64,000 nucleotides of DNA from an uncultured Syntrophaceae bacterium (GCA_964492965.1 CAZBME010000015.1:13927-77926), one strand, 5' to 3'. Shown: positions 19,383 through 30,160, counted from the first letter of the stretch. The notes: generated by a model not told the origin, from the sequence alone. Numbers and translations: made by a program.

Positions 19383-20153
19383 ATGAGTTTTGTAATCGGT
19401 CTGACGGCGGGCGCTTTTGGCGGTCTCGTCGGCCTGGGCGGCGGCGCGCTGATGATTCCCCTGATGGTGGGGATACTGAAGCTGGCCCAGCACAGGGCCC
19501 ATGGCACCAGCCTGGTTGCACTCGTCTTCACGGGTTTAGCCGGCGCCTTTACTTACGCCTTTCATGGCCATGTCGATGTGCTGTCGGCCCTGATTCTGGC
19601 AGTGGCCGCTTTGTGGCCGGCCCGGTTCGGTGCCCAGTGTTGCAGGCTCATGCCTGAAACAGGCTTGAAAAGGTCTTTCGGCTACTTTCAGATTTCGATG
19701 GCCATCCTGCTCCTGGTCAAAACGTTTATCACACCGATAGCGATTCCCATGACCGGCTGGGCCAAGCTGGTCACCCTGCTGGCAACGGGAGCCGTGACGG
19801 GTTTTCTGAGCGGCCTGATGGGAATCGGCGGCGGGGCGATCATGATCGCCGCCATGGTTCTCCTGGTCGGCTACAGCCAGCATATTGCCCAGGGAAGCGC
19901 TCTGCTTGCCATGGTTCCCGCCGGAGCGGTCGGCGCCTTTACCCACTGGCGCCTTGATAATGTGGATACGGGCCTGCTCAAGGGACTGGTCCCGGGGATT
20001 GTTCTGGGCACCCTGTCAGGGGCTGCAGCAGCCCAGTTTATGCCGGAGGCGGCGTTGCGGGTTATTTTTGCCGTGGTGTTGATCTGGATGGGAGTGCGCC
20101 TGATCCGAACGAAACAGCCGGCGCCCTGTGAAAATGGGCTTGACGGCATTTGA
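19383..20153 (+). CDS. TauE/SafE (TSUP) family transporter
   Basis: Duplicated GLxGxGGG motifs, AHGTSL and AQGSAL. Confidence 0.88.
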   Translation: MSFVIGLTAGAFGGLVGLGGGALMIPLMVGILKLAQHRAHGTSLVALVFTGLAGAFTYAFHGHVDVLSALILAVAALWPARFGAQCCRLMPETGLKRSFGYFQISMAILLLVKTFITPIAIPMTGWAKLVTLLATGAVTGFLSGLMGIGGGAIMIAAMVLLVGYSQHIAQGSALLAMVPAGAVGAFTHWRLDNVDTGLLKGLVPGIVLGTLSGAAAAQFMPEAALRVIFAVVLIWMGVRLIRTKQPAPCENGLDGI

Positions 20154-20186
20154 GGTAAATAATCTGGATGTTAAAGGAGTTCTTCG

Positions 20187-21656
20187 ATGGACGTGGCTGT
20201 AAATCATACTGATTTCGAACGGATTTTTCACCCCCGCCGCCTTGCCGTCATTGGCGTTTCTGCGCAGGGCATGGGGTTTGGCAGAGGCATTCTCGACTCT
20301 CTTTTGTCCATAGGGTTTGAGGGAGAGATCTTTCCCGTCAACCCAAAGGGCGGAGAAGTTTTCGGGCTGAAAATATATCCCCGGGTGGAAGACATCCCCG
20401 GACAAATCGACTTTGCCATTATCGCCGTGGCGGCTTCACTGGTCCCGGAAACCCTGAGGGTCTGCCGGGAAAAGGGGGCGGCCGGCGCCGAGATCCTTTC
20501 TGCAGGATTCCGGGAACTGGGAACGGAGGAAGGTATCGCCCTGGAAGAGGCCATCAAGGCCGAGGCGGCGAAAGGCATTCGCGTGGTCGGTCCCAATTGT
20601 TTCGGGATTTATTGTCCGCGAAGCGGCCTGACCCTTCTTCCCGGCCCCGATCTTTCCCGGAAGAGCGGCCCCGTAGCCTTTATGTCTCAGAGCGGCGGCA
20701 TGGCCATCGATTTCGCCTTCACGGGAATGTGGATGGGATTCGGCTTCAGCAAGATGATCAGCTTTGGAAACGGGACGGATTTGCGGGAAACGGAACTGCT
20801 GGATTACTTCGCCGACGACCCCGAAACGGGCGTCATCGCCCTTTACATGGAAGGCGTGGACGACGGGGACCGGTTTTTCAGGGCACTGAAGTCGGCAGCG
20901 GCGAAAAAGCCCGTTATTGTTTATAAGGGAGGGCTTTCCGAGGCAGGGAATCGTGCCGTGGCGAGCCATACTGCCTCTATGGGTGGGAGCCGCGTGATTT
21001 GGGAATCCTTGATCAAGCAGGCTGGCGCTGTCCAGGTTCATGATTTCCAGGAGCTTTGCCATGCGTGCCTGGCCTTTACCCTGTTGCCTTTGCGGGCATA
21101 CCATGGATTAACCGTCCTGGGCGGCGGCGGCGCTTTGGGTGTCGCCGCCTGTGATGCCGCCGAAGCGAACGGAATGTTTCTACCCCCTCTGTCGGGCGCC
21201 ATCTATGATGCTGTCTACGAAGCTCTCCCCAAGCCGGGATCGAGCGCTGCCAATCCCATTGACGTGGCCAATCCCTTTGTCCCGCCCCAGGCTCTGAAAA
21301 CCGTGTTAACCGAAGCCGGGAAGGATGAGCGGGTGGATATCCAGATTCAGGTCACCCTCCTTTACCATTACAAGGCCATCACGAAAAGGCTGGGGTTGCC
21401 TTCGATGAGGGAGGCCGCGCCGCTGAAGGAATTCGGGGAAGCCGCCAGAATAGCGTTTCAGAAAACGGGGAAACCCGTTGTGCTTGTCCTGCCGAGCTGC
21501 CGGCAGGCGATTGATGACATGGATCTCGAGGACCTCATGCGATATGCCAGACAGATCTTCATCGAAAGAGGGATTCCCGTATTCACTACCTTGCAGGATG
21601 CCCTGCGGGCAATCCGTCATGTGTCGGATTACTATTGCCGCCGCAATGACGCTTGA
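20187..21656 (+). CDS. Acyl-CoA synthetase (NDP-forming) alpha-subunit-like CoA-binding protein
   Basis: AVIGVS, PVNPKG, RVVGPNCFG, SQSGG, SHTAS phospho-His, NPIDV; no ATP-grasp domain. Confidence 0.85.
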   Translation: MDVAVNHTDFERIFHPRRLAVIGVSAQGMGFGRGILDSLLSIGFEGEIFPVNPKGGEVFGLKIYPRVEDIPGQIDFAIIAVAASLVPETLRVCREKGAAGAEILSAGFRELGTEEGIALEEAIKAEAAKGIRVVGPNCFGIYCPRSGLTLLPGPDLSRKSGPVAFMSQSGGMAIDFAFTGMWMGFGFSKMISFGNGTDLRETELLDYFADDPETGVIALYMEGVDDGDRFFRALKSAAAKKPVIVYKGGLSEAGNRAVASHTASMGGSRVIWESLIKQAGAVQVHDFQELCHACLAFTLLPLRAYHGLTVLGGGGALGVAACDAAEANGMFLPPLSGAIYDAVYEALPKPGSSAANPIDVANPFVPPQALKTVLTEAGKDERVDIQIQVTLLYHYKAITKRLGLPSMREAAPLKEFGEAARIAFQKTGKPVVLVLPSCRQAIDDMDLEDLMRYARQIFIERGIPVFTTLQDALRAIRHVSDYYCRRNDA

Positions 21657-21711
21657 TGGATATCAGATTCGTGCCGGATAGGGATATCCGACCTATCGGG
21701 CTGGATTCATC

Positions 21712-21751
21712 ATGCAGATGGCCGGTGCTTTTAAGCCCCGGCTATCTGCAT
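21712..21751. terminator. Long inverted repeat, likely terminator upstream of the purL promoter
   Basis: ATGCAGATGGCCGG...CCGGCTATCTGCAT 14-bp stem with one G-U pair. Confidence 0.45.
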
Positions 21752-21770
21752 TTCGTGCGGGTTGTTTTTC

Positions 21771-21799
21771 TTGACACACAGCAGCCCTTCCCCTATACT
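21771..21799 (+). promoter_or_regulatory. Sigma70-type promoter of purL-purQ
   Basis: TTGACA (21771-21776), 17 nt, TATACT (21794-21799). Confidence 0.75.
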
Positions 21800-21862
21800 C
21801 GCCGCCTGAATCGGGGGCACTTTATTCCTGCGTAAACAAGCGTACAGAGGACAGCATCGGGC

Positions 21863-24841
21863 ATGGCAAATCGCATTGAAATAGGATTTAACTCAGGTAT
21901 CCGGGATGCCCTGGGAGAAAAAATCAAACGACGGATTAAGGAACATCTCAGCCTTCCCGTGGAAGGTGTTCAAACCGTTGAAGTCTATACCATTGAGGGC
22001 GGTTTTTCCGCTCAAGAACTGGAAGCGATTGCCTCCGGTCCCCTATGTGATCCCATCATCCAGCACTATGCCATCGACTGCGGTGTCGCCCGCTCTTTTG
22101 ACTGGCTGATCGAGGTGGGCTTCCGACCCGGGGTGACGGATAACGTCGGTAAAACGGCCCGGGAAGCCATTGAACTTCTTCTGGGCAAGACGGCACAGAG
22201 GGCAGTTGCCGTTTACACCTCCCGGCAATACATCCTCTCGGGACCGCTTTCCAAGGAAGATGCGGAAAAGATTGCCGGCAACCTCCTGGCCAATGATTTG
22301 ATCGAACGCTTTGATATTGTTGACGGGAAGACATGGAACCCCACCAGGGGCATGACGCCCTATGTCCCGAAGGTCGGCGGCGTCGAACATCCCCAGACGA
22401 CTCAGGTCGATCTCAATGTCGATGACCAAACGTTGATCTCCATTAGCAATGAAGGGGTTCTGGCCCTGACCCTTGAAGAGATGAAAATCCTCCAGGCCTA
22501 CGTAAGGGATGAAGCCGTCGTGGCCGAACGCCGACAGGTCGGCCTTGGGAATATAATGACGGATGCGGAACTGGAATGCCTGGCCCAAACCTGGTCGGAA
22601 CATTGCAAACATAAGATTTTCAGCAGCCTGATTACCTATGACGACGGATCGGGACAAACGATTAAGGTCGACTCTTTGTTTGACACCTATATCAAAGGGG
22701 CCACAAAGGCCGTCCGGGAACAAATGGGACAGGACGACTGGTGCCTGTCCGTCTTTGTCGATAATGCCGGGATCATCAAATTCAACGACGACTATAATCT
22801 CGTTTTCAAAGTGGAAACCCACAATTCCCCATCGGCCCTGGACCCTTACGGTGGAGCGCTGACGGGTATTGTCGGTGTGAACCGGGACCCCTTCGGCACC
22901 GGCAAAGGCGCAAAACTGATTTTCAATACGGATGTCTTCTGCTTCGCCTCGCCGTCTTACGATAAAGAACTTCCGGCGCGCATTTTACACCCGCGGCGCA
23001 TATACGAGGGCGTTCGGGAAGGCGTGGAGCACGGCGGCAACAAAAGCGGGATCCCCACCGTTAACGGCTGCATTGTTTTTGATGATCGCTACCTGGGAAA
23101 ACCCCTAGTTTACTGCGGAACCGGCGGCATCATGCCGGCCCGCATCCACGGCGAAGTAACCCATACCAAAGAAATCATAACCGGCGACCTGATTGTCATG
23201 ACCGGCGGCCGGATCGGAAAAGACGGCATCCACGGGGCCACTTTTTCGTCGGAAGAGCTCCATGAAGGATCGCCCGTGACGGCTGTCCAGATCGGCGATC
23301 CCATCACCCAGAAGAAAATGACCGATTTCCTTTTGAAAGCACGCGACCTGGATCTGTATCGATGCATCACGGACAACGGCGCCGGGGGACTATCATCATC
23401 CATCGGTGAAACGGCCCGGCTTTCCGGCGGTTGTGATCTTGACCTGAAGAAGGCCCCTTTGAAATACCCCGGATTGTACCCCTGGGAAATTTTGATTTCC
23501 GAATCCCAGGAACGCATGAGCCTGGCCGTTGACCCGCAGAAGATCGATGCTTTTCTTGAACTGGCCCGGAAGATGGATGTTGAGGCCACTGTTCTTGGAA
23601 CCTACACCGACACCGGCATGTTCCATATTCGCTACGGTGAACAGACCGTGGCTTACCTACGGATGGATTTCCTCCACGAGGGGCTTCCCCAGATGCAGCT
23701 CAATGCTCGCTGGACGACACCCCGTTACGATGAACCGGAGATCCCCCTGTCTGAAATGATGGGCGAGGCCCTGAAAAAAATGCTGGCCCGCCTGAATATC
23801 TGCAGCAAGGAATCGGTTGTGCGGCAATATGATCATGAAGTGCAGGGCGGGAGCGTAGTGAAGCCCCTTTCGGGGGTCACAGACGACGGCCCCAGCGACG
23901 CCGCCGTCATCCGGCCGCTTCTGGACAGCTTTGAAGGCATTGTCGTCGCCAATGGGATCTGCCCGCGATACAGCGATATCGATGCTTACGCCATGGCAGC
24001 CTGTGCCATTGACGAAGCCATACGCAACAGCATCGCCGTGGGAGGGACCTTGGATCACCTGGCCGGCCTGGATAATTTCTGTTGGTGCGATCCCGTCCAA
24101 TCGGAAAAAACCCCCGATGGGGAATACAAACTGGCCCAGCTGGTAAGGGCGAACATGGCCCTTTACGATTACGCAACGGCCTTCGGCATCCCATGTATTT
24201 CCGGGAAAGACAGCATGAAGAACGACTACTCCATAGGCAATACGAAGATCTCCATTCCGCCGACCCTGCTTTTTTCGACGATCGGTAAAATTGCGGACGT
24301 ACGGAAGGCTGTGACAATGGATGCCAAGAAAGCGGGAGATCTGGTCTATATGCTCGGGAAAACCCGCCGGGAAATGGGGGCTTCCGAATGGTACGCCCTT
24401 CATGGGGCGATAGGCAATGACGTGCCCCGGGTAGATGCGAAGACGGCCAAGGCCCTTTATAAAGCCCTCAGCCGGGCGATTGGAGAAGGGCTCGTTGCCT
24501 CCTGCCACGATTGTTCCGATGGCGGGTTGGGCGTCGCCCTCGCCGAGGTAGCCTTTGCCGGCGGCCTGGGCATGGAAATTGAACTGGCCCATGTCCCCGT
24601 CGAAGGCATAACACGGGATGATGAGATCCTTTTCTCGGAATCGCAGAGCCGCTTTATTGTGACGGTTTCTCCCGATAAGCGGGAGGCCTTCGAAAGGGCC
24701 TTGCAGGGCTGTGTCGCAGCGCAGATCGGAACGGTGACAGCTGCCCCCGTGTTAGCGGTTGACGGCCTGTCGGAAGCGCGGATTGTTGAAGAATGGATTG
24801 ACGAATTAAAAGCGGTCTGGCAGGGACCGCTGAACTTTTAA
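21863..24841 (+). CDS. purL: Phosphoribosylformylglycinamidine synthase PurL with an N-terminal PurS-like extension
   Basis: QTWSEHCKHK, KVETHNSPS, DGIHGATFSS, DNGAGG, ISESQERM, ISGKDSM, HDCSDGG. Confidence 0.95.
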   Translation: MANRIEIGFNSGIRDALGEKIKRRIKEHLSLPVEGVQTVEVYTIEGGFSAQELEAIASGPLCDPIIQHYAIDCGVARSFDWLIEVGFRPGVTDNVGKTAREAIELLLGKTAQRAVAVYTSRQYILSGPLSKEDAEKIAGNLLANDLIERFDIVDGKTWNPTRGMTPYVPKVGGVEHPQTTQVDLNVDDQTLISISNEGVLALTLEEMKILQAYVRDEAVVAERRQVGLGNIMTDAELECLAQTWSEHCKHKIFSSLITYDDGSGQTIKVDSLFDTYIKGATKAVREQMGQDDWCLSVFVDNAGIIKFNDDYNLVFKVETHNSPSALDPYGGALTGIVGVNRDPFGTGKGAKLIFNTDVFCFASPSYDKELPARILHPRRIYEGVREGVEHGGNKSGIPTVNGCIVFDDRYLGKPLVYCGTGGIMPARIHGEVTHTKEIITGDLIVMTGGRIGKDGIHGATFSSEELHEGSPVTAVQIGDPITQKKMTDFLLKARDLDLYRCITDNGAGGLSSSIGETARLSGGCDLDLKKAPLKYPGLYPWEILISESQERMSLAVDPQKIDAFLELARKMDVEATVLGTYTDTGMFHIRYGEQTVAYLRMDFLHEGLPQMQLNARWTTPRYDEPEIPLSEMMGEALKKMLARLNICSKESVVRQYDHEVQGGSVVKPLSGVTDDGPSDAAVIRPLLDSFEGIVVANGICPRYSDIDAYAMAACAIDEAIRNSIAVGGTLDHLAGLDNFCWCDPVQSEKTPDGEYKLAQLVRANMALYDYATAFGIPCISGKDSMKNDYSIGNTKISIPPTLLFSTIGKIADVRKAVTMDAKKAGDLVYMLGKTRREMGASEWYALHGAIGNDVPRVDAKTAKALYKALSRAIGEGLVASCHDCSDGGLGVALAEVAFAGGLGMEIELAHVPVEGITRDDEILFSESQSRFIVTVSPDKREAFERALQGCVAAQIGTVTAAPVLAVDGLSEARIVEEWIDELKAVWQGPLNF

Positions 24842-24851
24842 TGCCTTAATT

Positions 24852-24885
24852 CCATCTCCTGTACGGGAGAGGGTAAAGGTGAGGG
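24852..24885 (+). repeat. Degenerate CCCTCTCCC...GGGAGAGGG...GGTGAGGG type intergenic palindrome that overlaps the purQ RBS
   Basis: CCATCTCCT-GTAC-GGGAGAGGG-TAAA-GGTGAGGG. Confidence 0.4.
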
Positions 24886-24889
24886 AGAG

Positions 24890-25717
24890 ATGTCAAAAAT
24901 AGTTAAATCCATCGTCATCACCGGAAACGGAACCAACTGTGAAATGGAAATGGCCCATGCATGCCGCCTGGCCGGGTCCGAGGTGGTGGATATTGTCCAT
25001 ATCAGCGAGCTTCTTTATGGCGAAAAACGTCTGGATGATTATCATTTTCTAAATCTTCCCGGTGGTTTTTTAGACGGAGATGATCTTGGCTCGGCCAAAG
25101 CAGGCGCCAACCGGATCCTTCATGCAGCCGTGGCCGGCCAATCCGAACAACTCTTCGATCAGTTTGCCCGCTTTATCGACGCCGGAAAGCTGATCCTCGG
25201 GGTCTGCAATGGCTTTCAACTCCAGGTAAAGCTCGGGCTGCTTCCGGGTTTTGACGGAGACTACAGGACCCAGACGACAACTTTGTCCTTTAACGATTCA
25301 GGGCGCTTTGAGGATCGTTGGGTCTATCTGAAGGTGAATGAGAAATCTCCCTGTGTCTTTACCCGCGGCATTAAAGGCCTCTACCTGCCTGTCCGGCACG
25401 GTGAAGGGAAGTTTTTGGCCCGCGATGAAGGCGTTCTGGAGCGTATCTGCGCCGAAGAAAGCATTGTTCTTCAATACAGCGATCCTTCTTGTGAGATTCC
25501 CGCAATCGACTATCCGGCCAACCCCAACGGATCCATTGAGGCCATCGCCGGCATCTGCAATGGAACGGGGCGCATCTTCGGCCTGATGCCTCATCCGGAG
25601 GCCTACCTCCATCGCACCAATCATCCCCGCTGGACCCGCGAAGCGTTACCCGAAGAAGGCATGGGTCTGGCCCTCTTCAAAAATGCCGTCTTGTTCATCC
25701 GTGAGACGCTGTTGTAA
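24890..25717 (+). CDS. purQ: FGAM synthase glutaminase subunit
   Basis: GTNCE, PGGFLDGD, GVCNGFQ, HGEG, GLMPHPE. Confidence 0.95.
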   Translation: MSKIVKSIVITGNGTNCEMEMAHACRLAGSEVVDIVHISELLYGEKRLDDYHFLNLPGGFLDGDDLGSAKAGANRILHAAVAGQSEQLFDQFARFIDAGKLILGVCNGFQLQVKLGLLPGFDGDYRTQTTTLSFNDSGRFEDRWVYLKVNEKSPCVFTRGIKGLYLPVRHGEGKFLARDEGVLERICAEESIVLQYSDPSCEIPAIDYPANPNGSIEAIAGICNGTGRIFGLMPHPEAYLHRTNHPRWTREALPEEGMGLALFKNAVLFIRETLL

Positions 25718-25724
25718 ATTCCTC

Positions 25725-26192
25725 ATGAAAAAAAAGCATCCGATGTCCATGAGCCTCTTATTTATATTTCAACGCGGATGGGTTATGATTCTGCTTGTTT
25801 TTCTGTCGGCTTGCGGGATCGGCTTCTGTGACGAGGGGGCGAAGAACGAAGGCCATAAACCTGGCATTGCCAATCCGGCAACGGTCAATTGTATTGAAAA
25901 AGGAGGGACGCACGCCATCTTGAAACGAAATGACGGTGGCGAATATGGGGTCTGCGTATTTGCGGATAACCGTCAATGTGAGGAATGGGCTCTCTTTAGA
26001 GGAGAATGCCCGGAAGGCGGTATCAGGATAGCCGGATGCGTGACGCCGGCTGCTTTATACTGTGCGATTACAGGGGGATATTACTCTGCGTCAAGACAAG
26101 GCAGCGGGAAGGATGAACCAGGAACCTGCTTCTTTCAAAACGGGAACCGTTGCAACGCATCAGACTATTACAGCGGGCAATGCTCCAAATAA
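25725..26192 (+). CDS. DUF333 (putative haemolysin) domain exported protein
   Basis: IANPATVNCIEKGG...GVCVF...CEEWALFRGEC plus a second Cys-rich repeat; start uncertain. Confidence 0.75.
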   Translation: MKKKHPMSMSLLFIFQRGWVMILLVFLSACGIGFCDEGAKNEGHKPGIANPATVNCIEKGGTHAILKRNDGGEYGVCVFADNRQCEEWALFRGECPEGGIRIAGCVTPAALYCAITGGYYSASRQGSGKDEPGTCFFQNGNRCNASDYYSGQCSK

Positions 26193-26268
26193 CGAGATTC
26201 GAACACCATGAACGTATCGTCAATGTAGGGCTCTATTATCATGAGCTTTGACGCCGGGTATTCCTCCG

Positions 26269-26775
26269 ATGCCGATAACCGCAAATGACATTATCACTTT
26301 TTATGGTCTCGAACCGCTTCCCGGTGAGGGAGGCTTTTTCAGGCAGAGTTACCGTTCTGCCGATGTCTTGCCACCGGAGGTTCTGCAGGGGAGGTATTCA
26401 GAACCCAGGCTGCTGGCCTCAGGGATTTATTATCTATTGACACCTGATACGTGTTCCCGCCTCCATCGCCTGCCGACCGATGAAATATACCACTTCTATC
26501 TGGGCGATCCCGTGACCCTTCTGCGCCTCTTTCCTGACGGCACTTCCAATGCCGTTACCCTGGGGCAGAATATTAGAAAAGGCGAGCATGTTCAATTTGT
26601 TGTCCCGAAAGGCGTTTGGCAGGGATCTTTTCTGAATGAAGGTGGTGTATTTGCCTTTATGGGAACGACCATGGCCCCGGGGTTTGAATATTCCGATTTC
26701 GAAGCAGGCGACCGGGATTTTCTTACCAATGCCTATCCTGAAAGGGAAGCTATCATCAGAAGGCTCACGGTGTAA
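26269..26775 (+). CDS. Cupin_5 (DUF985) family protein
   Basis: LEPLPGEGGFFRQ, IYYLL, HRLPTDEIYHFY, TMAPGFEYSDF. Confidence 0.88.
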   Translation: MPITANDIITFYGLEPLPGEGGFFRQSYRSADVLPPEVLQGRYSEPRLLASGIYYLLTPDTCSRLHRLPTDEIYHFYLGDPVTLLRLFPDGTSNAVTLGQNIRKGEHVQFVVPKGVWQGSFLNEGGVFAFMGTTMAPGFEYSDFEAGDRDFLTNAYPEREAIIRRLTV

Positions 26776-26957
26776 AAGCTTTTCATGCCTTTCTCCCCGA
26801 CTTGTTTCAGGACCCAGAATATCGCGGCCCCCCGCATCAGTGTCCGGGACGCTTGGATCGACCGTCCGATGATGTTGTTTTTCCAAAAAGTTATGGAAAT
26901 TTTCCAGAAAAGAGTGCTATTGATATTTATATATGTCAACTCTCGTCGGAGGCGGTA

Positions 26958-28328
26958 ATGAAAAGCGTGAAATATAAGGGGTGGGTTATAGCTCTAGGGT
27001 TGGTGATGTGGCTGGTGTTTTTCGGGCCTTACCATGACAGCCATGTCTCTGCCGCCCTTGACCGCAGCATCTATCAAAATATCAAGACCTTCAATGAGGT
27101 CATGAGTATCATTGACAAGAATTACGTAGAACCCGTCAGCTCCGATACCCTGCTTCAGGGCGCCATCAACGGCATGGTGAAGAGCCTTGATCCCCACAGC
27201 AGCTACATGACCGCGGAAATGTATAAAGACCTTGAGGTTGAAACCCGGGGCAGCTTCGGCGGAATCGGCACGGAGATCACGATCCACAAGGATATCCTAA
27301 CCATTGTATCACCGATTGAAGATACGCCGGCTTTTAATGCGGGAATCAAGGCGGGTGACCAGATCATCATGATCGACGGCAAATCGACCAAAGACATTAC
27401 GATTATGGAGGCCGTGAAGCGTCTCCGCGGGCCCAAAGATACCAAAGTCACCTTGTCGATCATGCGGGAAGGCAGTCAGAAGCTCAAAGAGATCGTCATT
27501 ACAAGGGCAATCATCAAGATCGTCAGCGTGAAACATAAAGTGCTGGAAGGCAATATCGGTTATATCCGCCTGGCGTCTTTCCAGGAAAAGACCATGGATG
27601 ACCTCCGAAAGGCCCTTCAAAACATTACTGAAAAGGCAAAACCATTGAAGGGTCTCATTCTTGACTTGCGGAACAACCCGGGAGGCCTCTTGGCACAGTC
27701 CATTGAGGTATCGGATGCCTTCCTGAAATCAGGGACAATCGTTTCCACCAGAGGACGGTCGAAAATCATGGAGAGCAAGGCCATTGCCAAAGATAACGGC
27801 GATGAGCCGACTTGCCCCATGATTGTCCTGGTCAATGAAGGCTCGGCCAGCGCAGCGGAGATTGTCTCCGGGGCGCTTCAGGATAACAGCAGGGCTCTCA
27901 TCCTGGGCACGCAAACCTTCGGGAAAGGGTCCGTGCAGACGGTCATCCCGCTTGAAGGGGGGGCCGCCCTGAAACTGACAACGGCTAAATATTACACACC
28001 CAAGGGCCGATCCATCCAGGCCGAGGGGATTGTTCCGGACATTCTGGTCAAATTCCACCGGGCAGGCGACGAGACGGATACTGACGATGACTATATCCGG
28101 GAAAAAGATCTAAAGGGGCATATCAAATCGCCGAAGGAGTTGGAAAAGCTCGGTACGGAACCTGCCAAGGAACGCGATGTCAAGATTCCACCGCGATCCG
28201 GAAAAGAAAATGGTTCAAGGAAAGAGCTGCCGCTCAAGAGGGAGTTCGGCGATATGACCCATGATAATCAATTGAAAAGCGCCTATGACATGCTGAAGAG
28301 CTGGGATATATTCAAGAAAAATTTATAA
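26958..28328 (+). CDS. ctpA: Carboxyl-terminal processing protease, S41A family
   Basis: LDPHSSY, PDZ domain, LDLRNNPGG, SASAAEI, TFGKGSVQ; ATG 26958 after GGAGG. Confidence 0.93.
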   Translation: MKSVKYKGWVIALGLVMWLVFFGPYHDSHVSAALDRSIYQNIKTFNEVMSIIDKNYVEPVSSDTLLQGAINGMVKSLDPHSSYMTAEMYKDLEVETRGSFGGIGTEITIHKDILTIVSPIEDTPAFNAGIKAGDQIIMIDGKSTKDITIMEAVKRLRGPKDTKVTLSIMREGSQKLKEIVITRAIIKIVSVKHKVLEGNIGYIRLASFQEKTMDDLRKALQNITEKAKPLKGLILDLRNNPGGLLAQSIEVSDAFLKSGTIVSTRGRSKIMESKAIAKDNGDEPTCPMIVLVNEGSASAAEIVSGALQDNSRALILGTQTFGKGSVQTVIPLEGGAALKLTTAKYYTPKGRSIQAEGIVPDILVKFHRAGDETDTDDDYIREKDLKGHIKSPKELEKLGTEPAKERDVKIPPRSGKENGSRKELPLKREFGDMTHDNQLKSAYDMLKSWDIFKKNL

Positions 28329-28411
28329 AATGGATAGCACCCGGCTTTTTTGTGAGGAAAAATAACTGGTTAGAATATATAGCAAGAAAGTCCCTTGAGG
28401 CCGTGATTCTC

Positions 28412-30160
28412 ATGTTTTTCCTCAGAAAAATACCCTATATCATAGTGCTTTTTATTCTCAGCGGTTGCCTGGGAATGCCCGGCTGGCTCATGGAGACAGC
28501 AGAGCATCCTGATGCTGCGGCCGTAAAAATATCTGACAAACGTCCGCCGAAAACGCCGAAAGCCTCGGGACCGTGGCCACCCTATCAGGCGACCTATCAT
28601 TATTCCATGGGTGTCCTCAATAACCTGGATGAAAATAATACCGGGGCGATCAGGGAATTCGAAGAGGCGATAAAGTACGATCCTCAATCTGCCCAGATCG
28701 CGACGGAGCTTGCTTCCGCTTATGGAGAGAAAGGGGACATGCAAAAGGCCATGGCCGTGTGCGAGGCATCCCTGCAATATAACCCCGAGGATATCGAACT
28801 TAACATGATCCTCGGCGGATTATATATGAACACCCGGGACTACAAGCGTGCGATTGTGCAATATCGAAAGGTCATCACCCTTGATCCGAGAAATATCAAT
28901 GCCCACCTCTATCTTGGCACGGTCTACGGCGATGAAAAGCAGTTTCAAGAAGCGCTCAACGCTTTCAATGGACTTCTGGCCATCGATCCCGATCATCTTA
29001 TGGGGAATTATTACCGTGGCAAGATTCTCGTAGAACTGGAAAACTATGAAGAAGCGGTGAGGTCTTTTAAAAAGACTCTTGCCATCAGGCCCAACTTTGA
29101 TTCGGCACTGATAGAACTTGCCTTGGTTTATGAAAAGCAGAAAAAGTCGGATCTGGCAATTGAAACCCTGAAAGACTATCTCTCTCTTTACCCCGACCGC
29201 GTCAATGCCAGGATCAAGCTAGGGGAACTGCTTCTGAGGGAGAAGCGGTATGATGATGCCGAAAGGGAATTCAGCCGAGTTCTCAAGGCAAACCGGGGTA
29301 ACCGGGAAGTGCGGCTTACGATGGGGCTGATGTACCTGGAGAGCGGGCGTTATGACCAGGCCATCGATATGTTCAGGGATTTGATAAAAAGTTTCCCGAC
29401 GGATCACCGTTTCGCCTATCTGCTGGCAACGGCATTTGAAGAAAAAAAGGAAACCGGGCAGGCGATACAGCAGCTCAAAACCATTCCCGTCAAATCAGAT
29501 CTTTATGGAAATGCCAGGATCCGAATCGCCATGATTCTGAAAAAGCAGGGCCAGATAAAGGAAGCCGCTGCTGTTATGGAAAAGGCGATCAAGGCCAAAA
29601 ACGATGCGGGGATGTATGCTGTACTGTCTTCCCTTCACGAGGAAAATAAAGATATCCCTGCGGCCGAGAAAACCCTGAAGGAAGGCCTTCGTGCCTTTCC
29701 CCGGAGTGTAGAGCTTTATTACACCCTGGGGGTTCTTTATGAGAAGACGAACCGGATCGATGAGAGTATGAGGCAGATGGAGGCCGTTCTGAAGATTGAG
29801 CCGGATCATGCCGATGCCCTCAATTTTATCGGCTACAGCTATGCGGACAAAGGAATCCACCTGGACGAAGCTGAAAAAATGATCAAAAAGGCCCTCAGCC
29901 TCAAGCCGGGAAGCGCTTATATCATTGATAGCCTGGGGTGGTTGTATCTTCGGCAAAACAAGATCGATGAGGCCCTGAAATATTTGCAGGAAGCCTCTGC
30001 CGCCTTGCCCGGTGACAGCACAATTGCTGAACACCTGGGAGATGCATTCGTGAGAGCCGGGCGAATCACGGATGCCCTTAACGCCTATCAGAGAGCCATG
30101 AAACTGACTCCCGGCAATAAAACCGTCCAGAAAAAAATTGACGCGCTGCAGAACAAATAA
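28412..30160 (+). CDS. TPR-repeat lipoprotein
   Basis: Lipobox LSGC, many TPRs, ALNFIGYSYAD and IIDSLGW C-terminal motifs. Confidence 0.88.
   Translation: MFFLRKIPYIIVLFILSGCLGMPGWLMETAEHPDAAAVKISDKRPPKTPKASGPWPPYQATYHYSMGVLNNLDENNTGAIREFEEAIKYDPQSAQIATELASAYGEKGDMQKAMAVCEASLQYNPEDIELNMILGGLYMNTRDYKRAIVQYRKVITLDPRNINAHLYLGTVYGDEKQFQEALNAFNGLLAIDPDHLMGNYYRGKILVELENYEEAVRSFKKTLAIRPNFDSALIELALVYEKQKKSDLAIETLKDYLSLYPDRVNARIKLGELLLREKRYDDAEREFSRVLKANRGNREVRLTMGLMYLESGRYDQAIDMFRDLIKSFPTDHRFAYLLATAFEEKKETGQAIQQLKTIPVKSDLYGNARIRIAMILKKQGQIKEAAAVMEKAIKAKNDAGMYAVLSSLHEENKDIPAAEKTLKEGLRAFPRSVELYYTLGVLYEKTNRIDESMRQMEAVLKIEPDHADALNFIGYSYADKGIHLDEAEKMIKKALSLKPGSAYIIDSLGWLYLRQNKIDEALKYLQEASAALPGDSTIAEHLGDAFVRAGRITDALNAYQRAMKLTPGNKTVQKKIDALQNK

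Noticed and set aside
17958-24592. Long antisense ORFs such as 17958-18965, 22043-22822 and 23657-24592 (and similar ones elsewhere)
   Set aside because: They shadow well-supported genes on the opposite strand, have no motifs, and are typical of GC-rich coding DNA
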